From Thermococcus sp. JdFR-02 (GTDB taxonomy: Archaea > Methanobacteriota_B > Thermococci > Thermococcales > Thermococcaceae): a DNA stretch of 64,000 nucleotides. A model generated the notes under the pieces. It was not told the origin of the DNA and did not search any database. It saw nothing but the letters and a program-made list of their open reading frames with translations. Within the stretch, counting starts at the first letter, position 1. Each line of letters opens with the position of its first letter. Location: the NCBI GenBank assembly GCA_002009975.1, contig MTLP01000031.1, positions 96,001-160,000 of the forward strand. Direction: 5' to 3'. The translations under genes were made by a program, and so were the position numbers. Of this stretch, positions 11,029-22,395 are shown piece after piece.

Positions 11029-11298
11029 TTAACCCCTTGACTTTTCGCTAATTATTCTTTGAGCAACCTTTCCAGCTGGTGTGACTGGTAAATAAGCTCC
11101 ACCAGCAAAGACCGCACCACACTTTTGGCATTGCCATATTCCAGTGCTTATTCTCTTAACAGCTTTTCTTCCACATACTGGACAAGTGTGCTTTTGCCTC
11201 ATCTTTTCCTCTACTGCTGCAACTCTTCTTCTAATCTTCAAACCGTATCTCGGACCAAACCTTCCAGCTGAACCAACTTTTCCTGCTTTTTTAACCAT
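11029..11298 (-). CDS. rpl37ae: 50S ribosomal protein L37Ae (eL43)
   Basis: [27 protein letters not shown]. Confidence 0.96.
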   Translation of the reverse strand: MVKKAGKVGSAGRFGPRYGLKIRRRVAAVEEKMRQKHTCPVCGRKAVKRISTGIWQCQKCGAVFAGGAYLPVTPAGKVAQRIISEKSRG

Positions 11299-11409
11299 GA
11301 GCATCACCTCTAATAATCTTTAAGCTGATGAGTATAGCGGAGTTTTATTTAAAAGGCTTTTCCTAAAACCTAACTAAAGAACAAAAATTTAATTTATAAA
11401 TCTTTCTTG

Positions 11410-11946
11410 CTAAATGCTCCTAATTTCTCTGTGGGAGATTTTCCATGTTAAGACTACAAAAGCTTCTCCAACTAAGAGACATAATCTCATACTCCACGGA
11501 CCCCATGACTGATTGTAAATTGCACACTCCCAACCAGCGATCCAAAGAGCTGGAAAAAGAAAACCCATTAGGCGAATTGTCCATCTCTCTAATTTCGTGA
11601 CTTTAGGAAGTGCTTTCTTTTCATGGAAAGCTATGAATGCAAAGATTAAAGCCAATATCAGAAAAAATCTCCCCGTAGCCATTAATGCTGGAATAAAGAC
11701 CAAAAATAGCACAAATCCAATGACTACAACACCAAGAAGTGTCTTTTTATAATCAATGTCAGTCAAAAGCTCAACTAATCCAAGAATAATAATAGATAAT
11801 AGTAACGCAGGTATGAAAGTTCCCAGGTAGTCAGAAAATGATATGCAAGCACCAGGAGCAAAAAAAGTTAGTCTAAGTAACCAAAAAAGAAAAATAATGA
11901 GGGAATTAAGGAGCAACTTCTTTTTCTCTGGAGATACCTGAATCAT
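11410..11946 (-). CDS. Hypothetical integral membrane protein
   Basis: About 5-6 hydrophobic segments; RBS GGAGG. Confidence 0.65.
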   Translation of the reverse strand: MIQVSPEKKKLLLNSLIIFLFWLLRLTFFAPGACISFSDYLGTFIPALLLSIIILGLVELLTDIDYKKTLLGVVVIGFVLFLVFIPALMATGRFFLILALIFAFIAFHEKKALPKVTKLERWTIRLMGFLFPALWIAGWECAIYNQSWGPWSMRLCLLVGEAFVVLTWKISHREIRSI

Positions 11947-11966
11947 ATGATGCTCCTCCCTTTATC

Positions 11967-12377
11967 TTAGACCAGATACACCCTCCTAAGCCGCATTTTT
12001 ATTGTGTAATATGCCAAGACAACCCCACTAAGCCATGAGACCAAAATAAGCCATCTATCATCTTTAGGAAGAGCAAGCCAAAAATCAAGAAAAAGTATTG
12101 AAAATAATCGGATTAGCCATTTTTCGTGAGATAAAGCCTTATCCAGCTCATTAGCTTTAGAGAAAGCGTTAGCCAATAGCTCATAAGAAAAAATCAAGAA
12201 AGTGCTAAGTACAGTGTAGCCAATTAACGCCTCATAAAAGGCTTTTGATGAGAGGTCTTTTATATGAAGATGGGGATAAAGGACTCTAAAAGCGCACAAC
12301 ACAGTAAAACCGAGTACAATCAATAGGAAGTCCTTACTTTTGATTATCCTACTGGAAGCTATATCATGATATGACAT
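11967..12377 (-). CDS. Hypothetical integral membrane protein
   Basis: About 4 hydrophobic segments. Confidence 0.6.
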   Translation of the reverse strand: MSYHDIASSRIIKSKDFLLIVLGFTVLCAFRVLYPHLHIKDLSSKAFYEALIGYTVLSTFLIFSYELLANAFSKANELDKALSHEKWLIRLFSILFLDFWLALPKDDRWLILVSWLSGVVLAYYTIKMRLRRVYLV

Positions 12378-12400
12378 TGTTACATCCCCCAATTGAGAAA

Positions 12401-12580
12401 TTAGAAAACAAGATCGTTAAGCCATCCACCTTTCAGAAGCAGTTTATGATATTCATTAAATACCTTCTCAATCTCAGTTCTTGACACTTCCTTACTAGTT
12501 CCAAAGGGAAATGCCATTGCTGTTCCAGCTGTTGCTCCAACCATTAACAATCCAACCAACAGGGCAAAAAGTTTCTTCAT
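12401..12580 (-). CDS. Short secreted protein or truncated remnant (signal peptide MKKLFALLVGLLMVGATAGTAMA)
   Basis: Strong RBS GGAGGTG; Sec signal peptide; only ~36 mature residues. Confidence 0.55.
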   Translation of the reverse strand: MKKLFALLVGLLMVGATAGTAMAFPFGTSKEVSRTEIEKVFNEYHKLLLKGGWLNDLVF

Positions 12581-12804
12581 GTATCCACCTCCATGAAATA
12601 TTTGCATTAATAAATTGGGCATTATGGCTTATAAATTTTTCCTTTTATTTAAAGTAATTTATCTTTTTTCTTTTTTCGTAAGAAATTCTTTCAAACTGTA
12701 GTTTTGCTTGCCCTTTTATTCAAAACGGGCCAAAGTAAAAGAGTGGATATAAATGTACATTACAGTATAGAAGCAATAAATTTCAAAGGAAAAGAAGACA
12801 AAAA

Positions 12805-13617
12805 CTACTCCCTCTTTCCCACAGCTTCAAGAATCTTTTCCCTAATCTCTTTAGCCCTCTTAAAGGCTACATCAACTGCATACATGACCTCTTCAAGTTT
12901 GAAACTTCCTCCCTCGCTCTTTTGCACTGCTGAAATCATTCCATTTTCGTCTGTAGTTATTGTAAGCTTCCCCTCCATCACTTGTTCTTCTTCTAAGTTT
13001 GGATCAACTACCAAGTTTCCACCAATTTTTGCAAAGCTCACTGGAATTGGTATCTTTGTCACTGGCAATGGCTCAAACTCCTCCAATAGCATAACTTCCC
13101 CTGTTTCCTCGTTATATTGAACTTTTGGCATTTTTGTGTTCAAAAGAGCCGCGATTGCACCAATTCCACATGCATCTACTAAATTTCCGTCGTGATCTAA
13201 GACGTGAACATCTATAAACACGACCCTAACGAGCTTTCCTGGAACGATAACTAGCTTTTCCAAGTCAATAGTTTGACTTTCCCTTATACCTCTGTCCACA
13301 ACTCTAGCTAGTTCAATTGACCTCTCATCCGGAGGACCTGGTTCAAAGCTTGGTGAAGCCAATGGTACAAGCTCAACGTTTGTTGTCATGACACCCATAT
13401 TAGGCAGATCTGGAAAAGGCTCTCCCAAATCTATCTTTATACCTACAAGAACTTGAGTGTTGCCAAGTTTAACCCAAGCAGAACCTTCAGCTTTCTCAAT
13501 TACCCCAACTTTTACTTCTAATGGTCTTATATCTTCCAAGTCTCTGCCGTCTATTCTCTTCCCATTCTTGAGCAATTCGAGAATGTGATCTTTCATAATT
13601 GATGCCATTACTTCCAT
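12805..13617 (-). CDS. rrp42: Exosome subunit Rrp42
   Basis: RNase PH fold: GKRIDGR, AEGSA, ELARVVDRGIRES, DHDGN. Confidence 0.96.
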   Translation of the reverse strand: MEVMASIMKDHILELLKNGKRIDGRDLEDIRPLEVKVGVIEKAEGSAWVKLGNTQVLVGIKIDLGEPFPDLPNMGVMTTNVELVPLASPSFEPGPPDERSIELARVVDRGIRESQTIDLEKLVIVPGKLVRVVFIDVHVLDHDGNLVDACGIGAIAALLNTKMPKVQYNEETGEVMLLEEFEPLPVTKIPIPVSFAKIGGNLVVDPNLEEEQVMEGKLTITTDENGMISAVQKSEGGSFKLEEVMYAVDVAFKRAKEIREKILEAVGKRE

Positions 13618-13619
13618 TT

Positions 13620-14357
13620 TCACTCCTCCTCTATAATCTTAAGATATTTTTCTTTCAAAGCTTCTCTCTGCTTTTGATAAACTGCTTTTGCACCTTTTAT
13701 AGCTAATCTCACGGCTTCAACGAACTCCTCTTTACTTAAATAGCCATCCATTTGTAAGAGCGTTATATCATTCTTTATTGGCATTATTGCAACTGGAACA
13801 TCTGCTTCTCCATAGTTGTCTTCCTCTTTATTTAAATCCAAAACTAGCTCCCCATCGATTTTTCCTGCTGCACATGCTGCAACTAAATCCTTCATTGGAA
13901 TCCCAGCATCTGCTAAGGCTAATGAAGCAGCGGTAATTCCAGCAACTCTTGTTCCAGCATCAGCTTGTAAAACTTCTATGAAAACATCTACAGCTGTTCT
14001 CGGAAATAATTCAAGAATTAGAGCTGGTTCCAAAGCCCCTCTAATCACTTTGCTAATTTCCACACTCCTTCTATCTGGACCGGGTTTTTTACGTTCCTCA
14101 ACACTAAATGGAGCCATATTATATCTTACTCTTAAAATTGCCCTATCTGGTCTTTGCAAATGCTTTGGATGAATTTCCCTTGGACCATAGACAGCGGCTA
14201 AAACTTTATTTTTACCCCATTCTACATAAGCTGAGCCATCAGCACTTTTTAAAACACCAATTTCCATTTTTATTTTTCTAAGCTCATACTTCTTTCTACC
14301 ATCTATTCTATAGCCGTTTTCATCGATAAGCTTCAATCCCTCAGGCTTCTCCATCAT
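13620..14357 (-). CDS. rrp41: Exosome subunit Rrp41
   Basis: [19 protein letters not shown]. Confidence 0.97.
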   Translation of the reverse strand: MMEKPEGLKLIDENGYRIDGRKKYELRKIKMEIGVLKSADGSAYVEWGKNKVLAAVYGPREIHPKHLQRPDRAILRVRYNMAPFSVEERKKPGPDRRSVEISKVIRGALEPALILELFPRTAVDVFIEVLQADAGTRVAGITAASLALADAGIPMKDLVAACAAGKIDGELVLDLNKEEDNYGEADVPVAIMPIKNDITLLQMDGYLSKEEFVEAVRLAIKGAKAVYQKQREALKEKYLKIIEEE

Positions 14358-15114
14358 TTCTTTCACTCTCCTCTACTTTGAATTCGGGGATATCTTCAAC
14401 AACTCCTTGCTCTTTAAGCTCTTGCAACCTCTTTACTAAGAAATCCTTAACCCTATCAGTTAATCCCTGAGTGTGGCTTTCTCTATTCACCTTTAGAATA
14501 GCTTCAATAGCTAATCTTTCAAGCTCTTGCTTCTTGCCACTCAACCAAACCCAACCGTTTTGTCCAACTATTATGCGCGTTTGTGTCAACGTTTTGATTG
14601 TGTTGATCATTGAACCTCCTTTCCCAATTAAGCGAGGCACTTTTGATGGTGTAATCTTTACTATCTGACCGCCCCTAAGAGGACCTCCACCAAAGGGCAT
14701 TCCCTTTGTCATTAAGTCTATTTGATTCACTTCATTAAAGGCCTTCACTTTTGCATAGATTATATCTCCTATGTCGAAGAATCTCCTTAGATCTACCTTA
14801 AGAAGGTCTATTTTTTCTTCTAAAGCATCTTGAATTCTAAGCGTTGCTTGATAAGGCGCACCAATATCTACTACCCAATTTGAGAATTTTACATCTATTA
14901 TTTTTCCGATGACATTGTCTCCAACTTCTGGAATGTAAGGACCTTCCAGTGGAATAACTCTTATAGTGTCTCCCCTTATGTCTACCAATCCTATAACGGT
15001 AGAGTAAACCCTCGTTCCTTCTTTAAAAGTTCCTTTGCCAGATTTGAATGGTCCTTGAGCTAAAAGCGTTCCTGGAACCACTAACTCCCTATTTGATACA
15101 AAAACCTTTCTCAT
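14341..15114 (-). CDS. rrp4: Exosome RNA-binding subunit Rrp4
   Basis: VVPG, S1 domain [26 protein letters not shown]. Confidence 0.96.
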   Translation of the reverse strand: MRKVFVSNRELVVPGTLLAQGPFKSGKGTFKEGTRVYSTVIGLVDIRGDTIRVIPLEGPYIPEVGDNVIGKIIDVKFSNWVVDIGAPYQATLRIQDALEEKIDLLKVDLRRFFDIGDIIYAKVKAFNEVNQIDLMTKGMPFGGGPLRGGQIVKITPSKVPRLIGKGGSMINTIKTLTQTRIIVGQNGWVWLSGKKQELERLAIEAILKVNRESHTQGLTDRVKDFLVKRLQELKEQGVVEDIPEFKVEESERNDGEA

Positions 15115-15821
15115 AGTCCCTTCCTCTCTATAAGTTTAGTCATAACATTGCCCTTTGTAAGGGCGTTTAGTTTTTCATAAAATTCTTCTTCAACTCCACC
15201 TGGAATTTCAATTAAAAACATCCACGAGCCATCTCTTCCCCATTCTTCTTTTTTAATATTTCCAAATTTCCTTACTTCTCCAAAGGCTTTTCCAACGTAT
15301 TCTGAAGGTATTTTAACTGCAATTACTTTTGTTTCAATCTTAAGAGGTAGGACCCTCCTCAACGCTTTAATAATCTGTGGCACTTGGGCTTCAGCATCTT
15401 TAAAGATATCCACATGAACACCAACTTCTTCCATAGCCTTCAAAACCCTATCCGGTGGATGTGGATAACCTGTTCTTGGATCAACAGCATGTCTGTGAAT
15501 TATCATTGCTATTTGCTTCTTTTTCTCCTCAAGCATCTCTCTCCTTTGCTGAGCTGTAAGCTGAACTTCACCTTTTCTAAGGATAATCTTTGCAACCTCG
15601 TAGGGATCGCTTGTCCCAAAGATCTTCTGCATTTCGTTTTCACTGGCTTTATCTCCTTTATGAGCATCTTTAAAAACATAAGGAGTGGCGAGAATTTCTT
15701 CTATTGGAACTTCCTTTCCTTCTTTGAAATCCCTTGCCAAGTAAGGATCTACTAAGATTTCAAAAACATCCCCATGTGTCTTTAATCGAGCAATCACTGC
15801 TTTATCAACGCTTATGGGCAT
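15111..15821 (-). CDS. Ribosome maturation factor SBDS/Sdo1
   Basis: [24 protein letters not shown]. Confidence 0.95.
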   Translation of the reverse strand: MPISVDKAVIARLKTHGDVFEILVDPYLARDFKEGKEVPIEEILATPYVFKDAHKGDKASENEMQKIFGTSDPYEVAKIILRKGEVQLTAQQRREMLEEKKKQIAMIIHRHAVDPRTGYPHPPDRVLKAMEEVGVHVDIFKDAEAQVPQIIKALRRVLPLKIETKVIAVKIPSEYVGKAFGEVRKFGNIKKEEWGRDGSWMFLIEIPGGVEEEFYEKLNALTKGNVMTKLIERKGL

Positions 15822-15832
15822 TGTACTCACCG

Positions 15833-16615
15833 CTAATAATTGTTGTCCAAGTCAGCATAATCAACTTCCTTTTCATCTACTTCTTCAGCCTCAACCTTTT
15901 GGAGAATGTCGGCGAAATACTTTTCAAGCTCCTCTTGGCTTAGCTTTCTAAACTTCTTCTCTTTAACATCAATTACGGCAACTTCAACATATTCTGCCTT
16001 TGGCTCTTCCATGGTCTTAGCTAGGGCAAGCATTGCAAGCTTTATTGCATCTTCTAAAGTCATGTCATCAGTGTATTTCTCCTCAAATATTGCCATTGCT
16101 GTGTTTCTTCCACTTCCTATTGCTACAGCCTTCCACTCAAAGTATGCACCACTTGGATCCGTCTCAAAAAGTTGTGGTTTTTCATTAACTCCAGCCATTA
16201 ACAAAGCGGCACCAAAAGGTCTTACACCACCGTATTGGGTGTGCATTTGCTTTAAATCACAGATCTTTTTAACTAAAACTGCAAGATGAACGGGTTCTCC
16301 ATAAGTTAGGCGATAAATTTGAGCTTCTAAACGAGCTCTATCAACTAAAATTCTTGCATCTGCTATTATTCCACTTGAAGCAGCAGCTATATGCTCATCA
16401 ATTTGGAAAATCTTCTCATAGCTTTCTGGTTCTATTAATCTACTTGTTACTCTTTTTTCTACAGCCAAAACTACTCCATCTTTACATTTTATTCCTACAG
16501 CAGTTGCTCCTCTTTTTACGGCTTCTCTTGCATATTGCACTTGGAAAAGCCTTCCATCCGGGCTAAAAACAGTTATTGCCCTATCATACCCAGCTTGCGG
16601 TGGTACAAACGCCAT
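15833..16615 (-). CDS. psmA: Proteasome alpha subunit
   Basis: [28 protein letters not shown]. Confidence 0.97.
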   Translation of the reverse strand: MAFVPPQAGYDRAITVFSPDGRLFQVQYAREAVKRGATAVGIKCKDGVVLAVEKRVTSRLIEPESYEKIFQIDEHIAAASSGIIADARILVDRARLEAQIYRLTYGEPVHLAVLVKKICDLKQMHTQYGGVRPFGAALLMAGVNEKPQLFETDPSGAYFEWKAVAIGSGRNTAMAIFEEKYTDDMTLEDAIKLAMLALAKTMEEPKAEYVEVAVIDVKEKKFRKLSQEELEKYFADILQKVEAEEVDEKEVDYADLDNNY

Positions 16616-16740
16616 TTTACATCACCTCTAATGATTATCGTAACAGTTATACAATATTCCCTCTCTCCACTTATAAGCTCTTTTAAATATTGGATACTTA
16701 AACTTTTGCATGAACGACAAAAGGAAAACACCGTCTCACA

Positions 16741-17103
16741 TTACTTCCAATCAAATTCTTTCAAAAACTTCATCTTAAGCCTCTTTATTGTCCCAGATAC
16801 ACCAAGCGTTCTCATTATAACCTTTGAACCATTTATCTGGGTAAGCATTGTCAAAGCAAATCTAACTTGCTCCACATAAGCCCTATCGCACCTTACAATT
16901 CCAGTCTGACTCTTCTCATCAAATCTTATGAACCAAATCTTAGCTTTAGCAGTTCCCAATTCCCCCAAAACTCTGAGAGAAGCCTCCCAAATTGCCTTTT
17001 TGATCTCTCCACTCTTAAATGTCCTCTCTCCAATAACCTGAAAAGCTATATATCTTTGCTTATCCCTAAGTGTTGGAGGTAGGGTTTTAGGTTTTTTGTT
17101 CAT
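16741..17103 (-). CDS. rnp2: RNase P protein component 2 (Pop5)
   Basis: [25 protein letters not shown]. Confidence 0.95.
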   Translation of the reverse strand: MNKKPKTLPPTLRDKQRYIAFQVIGERTFKSGEIKKAIWEASLRVLGELGTAKAKIWFIRFDEKSQTGIVRCDRAYVEQVRFALTMLTQINGSKVIMRTLGVSGTIKRLKMKFLKEFDWK

Positions 17104-17237
17104 GGAGAAGACTAAAGCAAATGACTTATTAATCTTTATGTTTTGTCAAAATGTCAGAACTCCTCAAAATCTAAGATTCATTTTAGACAATCAACAATGA
17201 AAATTTGATTTTGTCAAATTTTGACGGAAATTCTCCC

Positions 17238-17252
17238 AAAAAAGCTTTAAGA
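17238..17252 (+). promoter_or_regulatory. Putative BRE/TATA promoter of the trpB2 leader
   Basis: AAAAAAGCTTTAAGA ~25 nt upstream of GATGCC at 17275. Confidence 0.5.
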
Positions 17253-17274
17253 GTAAAGTTCATTTAAAGACCTT

Positions 17275-17457
17275 GATGCCCTATGATGTTCAGGAGTGAG
17301 TGTCTTTGGAATAGGAGTTAGAGAGTTTAGAATTCTTCTGGTTAGCTTATTCTTCAAAATCAAAGGGCGGGATTGTTTTTGGAATACACATTCTTAGGTT
17401 TGAAGGTATGAATAACGCTTATTCTGATCTTTTTAAACTTTTTAGGAGGTGTTTTAG
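17275..17457 (+). promoter_or_regulatory. Structured 5' leader of trpB2 with uORF (candidate attenuator)
   Basis: GCCCT-A-TGAT..GGAGTGAG pairs with CTTATTCT..ATCA-A-AGGGC; uORF 17283-17321 MMFRSECLWNRS. Confidence 0.5.
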
Positions 17458-18798
17458 ATGAGAAGAGTTAAGGCAGTTTTAAAAGCCGAAGATATGCCAA
17501 ATAGGTGGTACAACATTTTGCCAGACTTGCCAGAGACTCTACCATTGCCTTTAGATCCAGAGACAAACAAGCCCATAAATCCAGCTAAGCTTGAGAGGAT
17601 TTTTGCAAAGGGATTGGTTAGGCAAGAAGTTAGCGACAAAAGGTATGTAAAAATTCCAGAGGAAGTTTTGGAGAAATACGTAAAAGTTGGTCGTCCAACA
17701 CCGCTTTTTAGAGCAACACATCTAGAGAAGGCATTGAAGACCCCAGCAAGGATTTACTTTAAATATGAAGGGGAAACGATAACGGGAAGCCACAAAATAA
17801 ACACCGCTTTAGCACAGGTCTACTACAACAAGCTTGAGGGAATTGAAAGGGTTGTAACAGAGACGGGAGCAGGACAATGGGGAACTGCTTTATCATTAGC
17901 CGGAGCTTTGTTTGATCTAAAAGTTAGGGTTTACATGGCAAGAGCCAGCTATCAACAAAAGCCATATAGAAAAGTGCTCATGCAAGTGTATGGAGCAGAG
18001 GTTTATCCTTCTCCAAGTGATAGAACGAAGGTTGGAAGATACTTCCTATCGCAAGATCCAAATCACCCCGGTGGATTAGGCATAGCAATAAGTGAAGCGA
18101 TTGAAGATGTATTAACGGATGAAAAAGCGCGCTACTCGTTAGGTAGTGTCTTGAACCATGTATTAATGCACCAGACAATCATAGGGGAAGAGGCTAAACT
18201 TCAAATGGAAATTCTTGGGGAAGAGGCAGACATAATAGTTGGCTGTGTTGGAGGAGGGAGCAACTTTGCTGGAATAGCATATCCCTTCATTAGGGATGCA
18301 ATAAAAGGAAGAAAGGAGATTAAATTTTATGCAATAGAACCTAAAGCCGCACCATCGATGACAAAGGGTATTTACACTTACGATTACGGAGACAGCGGGA
18401 GGTTAACGCCTTTAATAAAGATGCACACCTTAGGGCACATCTACAATGTTCCACCAATCCATGCGGGTGGCTTAAGATATCACGGTGTCGCACCAACTTT
18501 GAGTGTTTTAATTAATAACAACATCGTTAGTCCAAAAGCCTACCATCAAACCGAGATTTTTGAAGCAGCTATGCTCTTTGCAAGGACTGAGGGAATTGTT
18601 CCAGCACCAGAGAGTGCCCATGCAGTTAAAGGGGTTATAGATCTTGCTTTAAAAGCTAAGGAGAAAGGCGAAGAAAAAGTAATACTTTTTAACTTAAGTG
18701 GACACGGACTTTTGGATTTAAAAGGCTATGAAGACTATTTGGATGGAAAAATCCAAGATTATGAACCAAAAGAGATTCCAATTTTGAAAAGCTATTAG
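17458..18798 (+). CDS. trpB2: Tryptophan synthase beta chain, TrpB2 type
   Basis: [55 protein letters not shown]. Confidence 0.93.
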   Translation: MRRVKAVLKAEDMPNRWYNILPDLPETLPLPLDPETNKPINPAKLERIFAKGLVRQEVSDKRYVKIPEEVLEKYVKVGRPTPLFRATHLEKALKTPARIYFKYEGETITGSHKINTALAQVYYNKLEGIERVVTETGAGQWGTALSLAGALFDLKVRVYMARASYQQKPYRKVLMQVYGAEVYPSPSDRTKVGRYFLSQDPNHPGGLGIAISEAIEDVLTDEKARYSLGSVLNHVLMHQTIIGEEAKLQMEILGEEADIIVGCVGGGSNFAGIAYPFIRDAIKGRKEIKFYAIEPKAAPSMTKGIYTYDYGDSGRLTPLIKMHTLGHIYNVPPIHAGGLRYHGVAPTLSVLINNNIVSPKAYHQTEIFEAAMLFARTEGIVPAPESAHAVKGVIDLALKAKEKGEEKVILFNLSGHGLLDLKGYEDYLDGKIQDYEPKEIPILKSY

Positions 18799-18799
18799 T

Positions 18800-19450
18800 T
18801 TATCTTTTTTCCAGCTTTTCTAAAATTTTTCTTGGATAAAAACTGATCGAAGCCTTTGCTTGGGGAATTTCCATTCCAATTGCAATTCCAAAGCTTGCTA
18901 AGTCTCTTGGAGCTCTTACTTCCCAAAAACTTTCTGCTGAAGAAGTTAAAAATCTTGGAACCTTGTATTTTTCTATCAATCGCCAGTTTCTCATCATAAA
19001 CTTTAAAATGTTCGCCCTCTCGTAGGGATTTGCCCTTAAAAGGGGAGCAAGAGAAAAGCCTATTGCAACATCATTCTTAGCCGCTAATCTAGCAAGAACA
19101 TGATCTAAGCCAGAGTCTCTTCTTCCAAATTCTGGGCTTATTAAAGCATCGACACCAATTTCAAGAGCAAAGCGGTTGATTTTTAAGCTCCCACCTTGGA
19201 CATATATTAAAGCTTTGAGATTCCTATTTTTCACTTCCCTAATCAAAGAAGGTTTGTTTGTTATCAAAAGCAGGGCAACTTTTTTATAACGCTCTCTAAG
19301 TTCTTTAAGCTCTTCTTTGAGCTTCCCATAATCTGGACTTTTCTCTAACTTAAGCTTTTTTGTAAAGACTACTTCATCAAACCATTCTTCAGCCAATTCG
19401 TAAGCCTTTGCATCCCTAATATCCATCTCAATGAACTGTAATGATGTCAT
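18800..19450 (-). CDS. rnp3: RNase P protein component 3 (Rpp30)
   Basis: [31 protein letters not shown]. Confidence 0.93.
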   Translation of the reverse strand: MTSLQFIEMDIRDAKAYELAEEWFDEVVFTKKLKLEKSPDYGKLKEELKELRERYKKVALLLITNKPSLIREVKNRNLKALIYVQGGSLKINRFALEIGVDALISPEFGRRDSGLDHVLARLAAKNDVAIGFSLAPLLRANPYERANILKFMMRNWRLIEKYKVPRFLTSSAESFWEVRAPRDLASFGIAIGMEIPQAKASISFYPRKILEKLEKR

Positions 19451-19902
19451 TCGCTCAACCACTCTCCAATAGCCCTTACAACGGTCTCTTTCTTCATTGG
19501 GAAGGATTTAACCTTTATTCTAACATGAATTACATCCTCTCCATCTAAAACTTTAATCTCTCCAAGGTAAGCCTTCTGCTTATCAAAGCGAATGTAGAAG
19601 GTTCCGTTCTCATCTACCTTTTCCTCTAAATTCTCCAAGAGAAATGCTTTATCTTCCTCGCTTAAGATGTTTTTGAGGTTTTCTAAAAACTTTCTAACGT
19701 TCCTACTTCTCTTTATCTCTGCATCAATAACGAGTATGGGATTTCCAAAGTATCCCTCTGTCTCAACCATTTCAAACTCCACATCTTTTGGAGACAAATC
19801 TTCAGGGAAGAGAGTTTCTAAAGCTTCTAAAACCTTTTCAGGATCTTCAGTGGCATGGACAAATGTTCTAATTTTGACATTATGAGCATTAAGCTTAACC
19901 AT
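19447..19902 (-). CDS. DUF54 RNA-binding protein (exosome superoperon)
   Basis: [25 protein letters not shown]. Confidence 0.88.
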   Translation of the reverse strand: MVKLNAHNVKIRTFVHATEDPEKVLEALETLFPEDLSPKDVEFEMVETEGYFGNPILVIDAEIKRSRNVRKFLENLKNILSEEDKAFLLENLEEKVDENGTFYIRFDKQKAYLGEIKVLDGEDVIHVRIKVKSFPMKKETVVRAIGEWLSE

Positions 19903-19984
19903 AAATTTCACCCCAAAGTTAATTGGAAATAAGGTTTAAAAGCTTTTAACTGCCAAAAATACCTAAGAAAGAAATTAAACACCA

Positions 19985-21481
19985 TCAGCGATTTCTCAGC
20001 AATATCAGTACAATAAGTGCCGCAATTCCAATGATTATCGTTACAACGACTTTGTTTATGGGGATAAGAGCGCTGTTATCCCTTCTATTCTCTACTGTTG
20101 GTGGTAATCTTACACTCTCTTTAGAATTGTTAAATGTGGTAGCTTCAAGAAAAGCTACAATCTCTGGAGTTAGGTTTTCAATTCTTTGTCCGTCAAATTT
20201 TAAAATTATCCTATCGCTTGCCAAAATCCACTCCCTTCCATCCCAACCAATCCACCTTATCCACAAAGCGTCATTCAAAACTTGTCTAAGAGTTCCGTTA
20301 AAGAAGTAAAGTGAAGAACCATTATAAATCAACCAGCCCTTAGGACTCCACAAAACATTGGTGTTTTCTTTAAAATATTCCTTACGGCAGTCAAGTGTTA
20401 TGTAAAAGAGCTTGTGAAATTCAGATGCATTGAAGTTTTTGAGATTCATTTTCCCAACTTGAACAATGCTATCTGAGACTTCATAGAGCGTGCCATTGGC
20501 AAAAAGCAAAGCTTCACCATTGTGAAACTCAGACATCTGGGCTTTAGGACTCACAACAGTATTAAGGCTTGCATTTTTTGCATCATAGAGGTATGTCCCA
20601 TTGATGCTCACTAAAAAGAGCCTTCCCTTATATGCTTCTATGAGGGTGAAGTTGCCCGAAAAGCTTGCAACCTTTCTGAAATCTTCTGGAAAGTGATAAT
20701 AGCCCTTCAAAGGTTCTATTGCATAAAGAATTTTGTTATAGAGCAGATAAACTCTTTCAGAGTCATAAATTAGCTGGGAACTATTAAGAGAAAACTGCGA
20801 CGTTATTTTTAGCACTGGAACCGCATCTATGAGAATCACTGCCTCAGTAAAGTTTTGATTAAAAATCGCTAAGGCACCGTTCTTAAGGTTGCGAACAAAG
20901 TACAAGTATCCTTTTTGGGCCAACAAAGGTGAAGATGCATTTTTGAAATCTCCCGTTAAATATCCGTACTTCTTCACCTTCACTTGTCCATCCTTGATAG
21001 TAGACAACCAAAGGAGGGAATCAAAATGCTCCAAATTGCACCACATAGAGAAGCAGTAAAAGGGATGAAGTACAAGGTAGTAATCTCGATTCCAGAAAAT
21101 ACTCACTGCTCCATCATTCCGAAAGCTGAGCAATTCCCTAAATTCCCCGCTGGGATAAAGGTAGCCATAGTGATCATACACCCTACCGGGTAAGGGTCTA
21201 TCACACCCCTCACATCCATAAAAGAGACATCCTTGAGAAGAGCAGTGAATCGGAATCATAGTAAAGTTGGAGCAAACGTTGGTTTTGCATGGAAATGCTG
21301 TCAAGTTCAACAGTTCAAATCTATACTCTGAAGGAAAATAAACTACTAAAAGTTGAGTTGATGAATTTGTAATGTTAAAAATTGTTGGGTTTCCTATTAG
21401 AACGTTGTTAATAGTCAAAGAATAAGCTAAGTGAGTAAAGAGGAGCATAAAAAAGCAAAAAATGAGAAGTCTTCCCTTCAT
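19985..21481 (-). CDS. Hypothetical secreted, C-terminally membrane-anchored protein
   Basis: Signal peptide, many N-x-S/T sequons, beta-rich body, C-terminal TM followed by RNR. Confidence 0.7.
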   Translation of the reverse strand: MKGRLLIFCFFMLLFTHLAYSLTINNVLIGNPTIFNITNSSTQLLVVYFPSEYRFELLNLTAFPCKTNVCSNFTMIPIHCSSQGCLFYGCEGCDRPLPGRVYDHYGYLYPSGEFRELLSFRNDGAVSIFWNRDYYLVLHPFYCFSMWCNLEHFDSLLWLSTIKDGQVKVKKYGYLTGDFKNASSPLLAQKGYLYFVRNLKNGALAIFNQNFTEAVILIDAVPVLKITSQFSLNSSQLIYDSERVYLLYNKILYAIEPLKGYYHFPEDFRKVASFSGNFTLIEAYKGRLFLVSINGTYLYDAKNASLNTVVSPKAQMSEFHNGEALLFANGTLYEVSDSIVQVGKMNLKNFNASEFHKLFYITLDCRKEYFKENTNVLWSPKGWLIYNGSSLYFFNGTLRQVLNDALWIRWIGWDGREWILASDRIILKFDGQRIENLTPEIVAFLEATTFNNSKESVRLPPTVENRRDNSALIPINKVVVTIIIGIAALIVLILLRNR

Positions 21482-21483
21482 TT

Positions 21484-22395
21484 TCACCATCTGAGGCACG
21501 TATTCCTAATGTATGAAACTATGTTTATATCCCAGTCAAAGTAATATGCCCTATTTTCCCATATATTGCCACTTACGGCCTCTTGAGCAGACACATAATC
21601 ACATGCTCTCTGTAATTTATACTCAGAACTTCTAACAGCACCATCAGCCTCCATTTCTATATAAACATTGGAAGGATTACTGTTTCTTATCCATCTTAGA
21701 ATATCAACTAAGAGGCTGTAAGTGTACTCTATTTGGTTGCAGTTTGCACCAATCTTATCTGCAAAGCAGTATCCTGGTTGCGGAAATACATAGTCAAAGT
21801 ACTTTGACAACAGAGCAATTTCCGAGTATTTATTTAACCACAGTATTACATCATTATTTGTTATTACCCCATCACCATCTTGATCTGTTATTGTTCCGGA
21901 GCATAGAACACTCCTTAGTGTAGGGATCCAAATAAACTGCAAATCTTTTTCCAAGTCTCTTTCTACTTCTTGAATACGCCCTGAAATGGCATTGATTTCA
22001 TATTCAGTAATACGTCCGCTTTGTATAGGCTTAGCATCCTCTAAACTCCAATAGAATCCCTTAAAATAATAACTTTCAATACTTGCAACTCCATCAATCC
22101 AACCCTCCCAGTAACTCAAGCCTCTTTTTCCTCCACTGAGAGTAAAATAGGGTATTGTTACTAAATATGGAATACCGCTTGTTCCACCTAACCATTCTTT
22201 CACTCTCAAAGCAAGCTCTCTGCCATCATTATATCCATCACTATATGAAGAACCACTGAATTTTGTTCTTGTTCCTTCTCCATCCAAAGCCACTGCAAAG
22301 TGAAATCCATTAATATACAAATCATCTGGTGTTGCATTGCTAACTTGGATATATTCTCCATTGTATTTATACCACCACAGTGCATACCTTGCCAT
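21484..22395 (-). CDS. DUF4855-like (glycoside hydrolase-like) protein
   Basis: GFYWSLE, FIWIP, FDYVFPQPGY, YIEMEAD, AYYFD resemble DUF4855. Confidence 0.55.
   Translation of the reverse strand: MARYALWWYKYNGEYIQVSNATPDDLYINGFHFAVALDGEGTRTKFSGSSYSDGYNDGRELALRVKEWLGGTSGIPYLVTIPYFTLSGGKRGLSYWEGWIDGVASIESYYFKGFYWSLEDAKPIQSGRITEYEINAISGRIQEVERDLEKDLQFIWIPTLRSVLCSGTITDQDGDGVITNNDVILWLNKYSEIALLSKYFDYVFPQPGYCFADKIGANCNQIEYTYSLLVDILRWIRNSNPSNVYIEMEADGAVRSSEYKLQRACDYVSAQEAVSGNIWENRAYYFDWDINIVSYIRNTCLRW

Noticed and set aside
12704-13120. Antisense ORFs such as 12704-13120, 5966-6568, 60109-60615
   Set aside because: Shadow frames opposite well-conserved genes, without RBS or recognisable motifs.
17283-17427. 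C/D box sRNA reading (ATGATG...CTGA) of the trpB2 leader
   Set aside because: Box spacing (~140 nt) is far longer than typical archaeal C/D guides and no clear C'/D' boxes.
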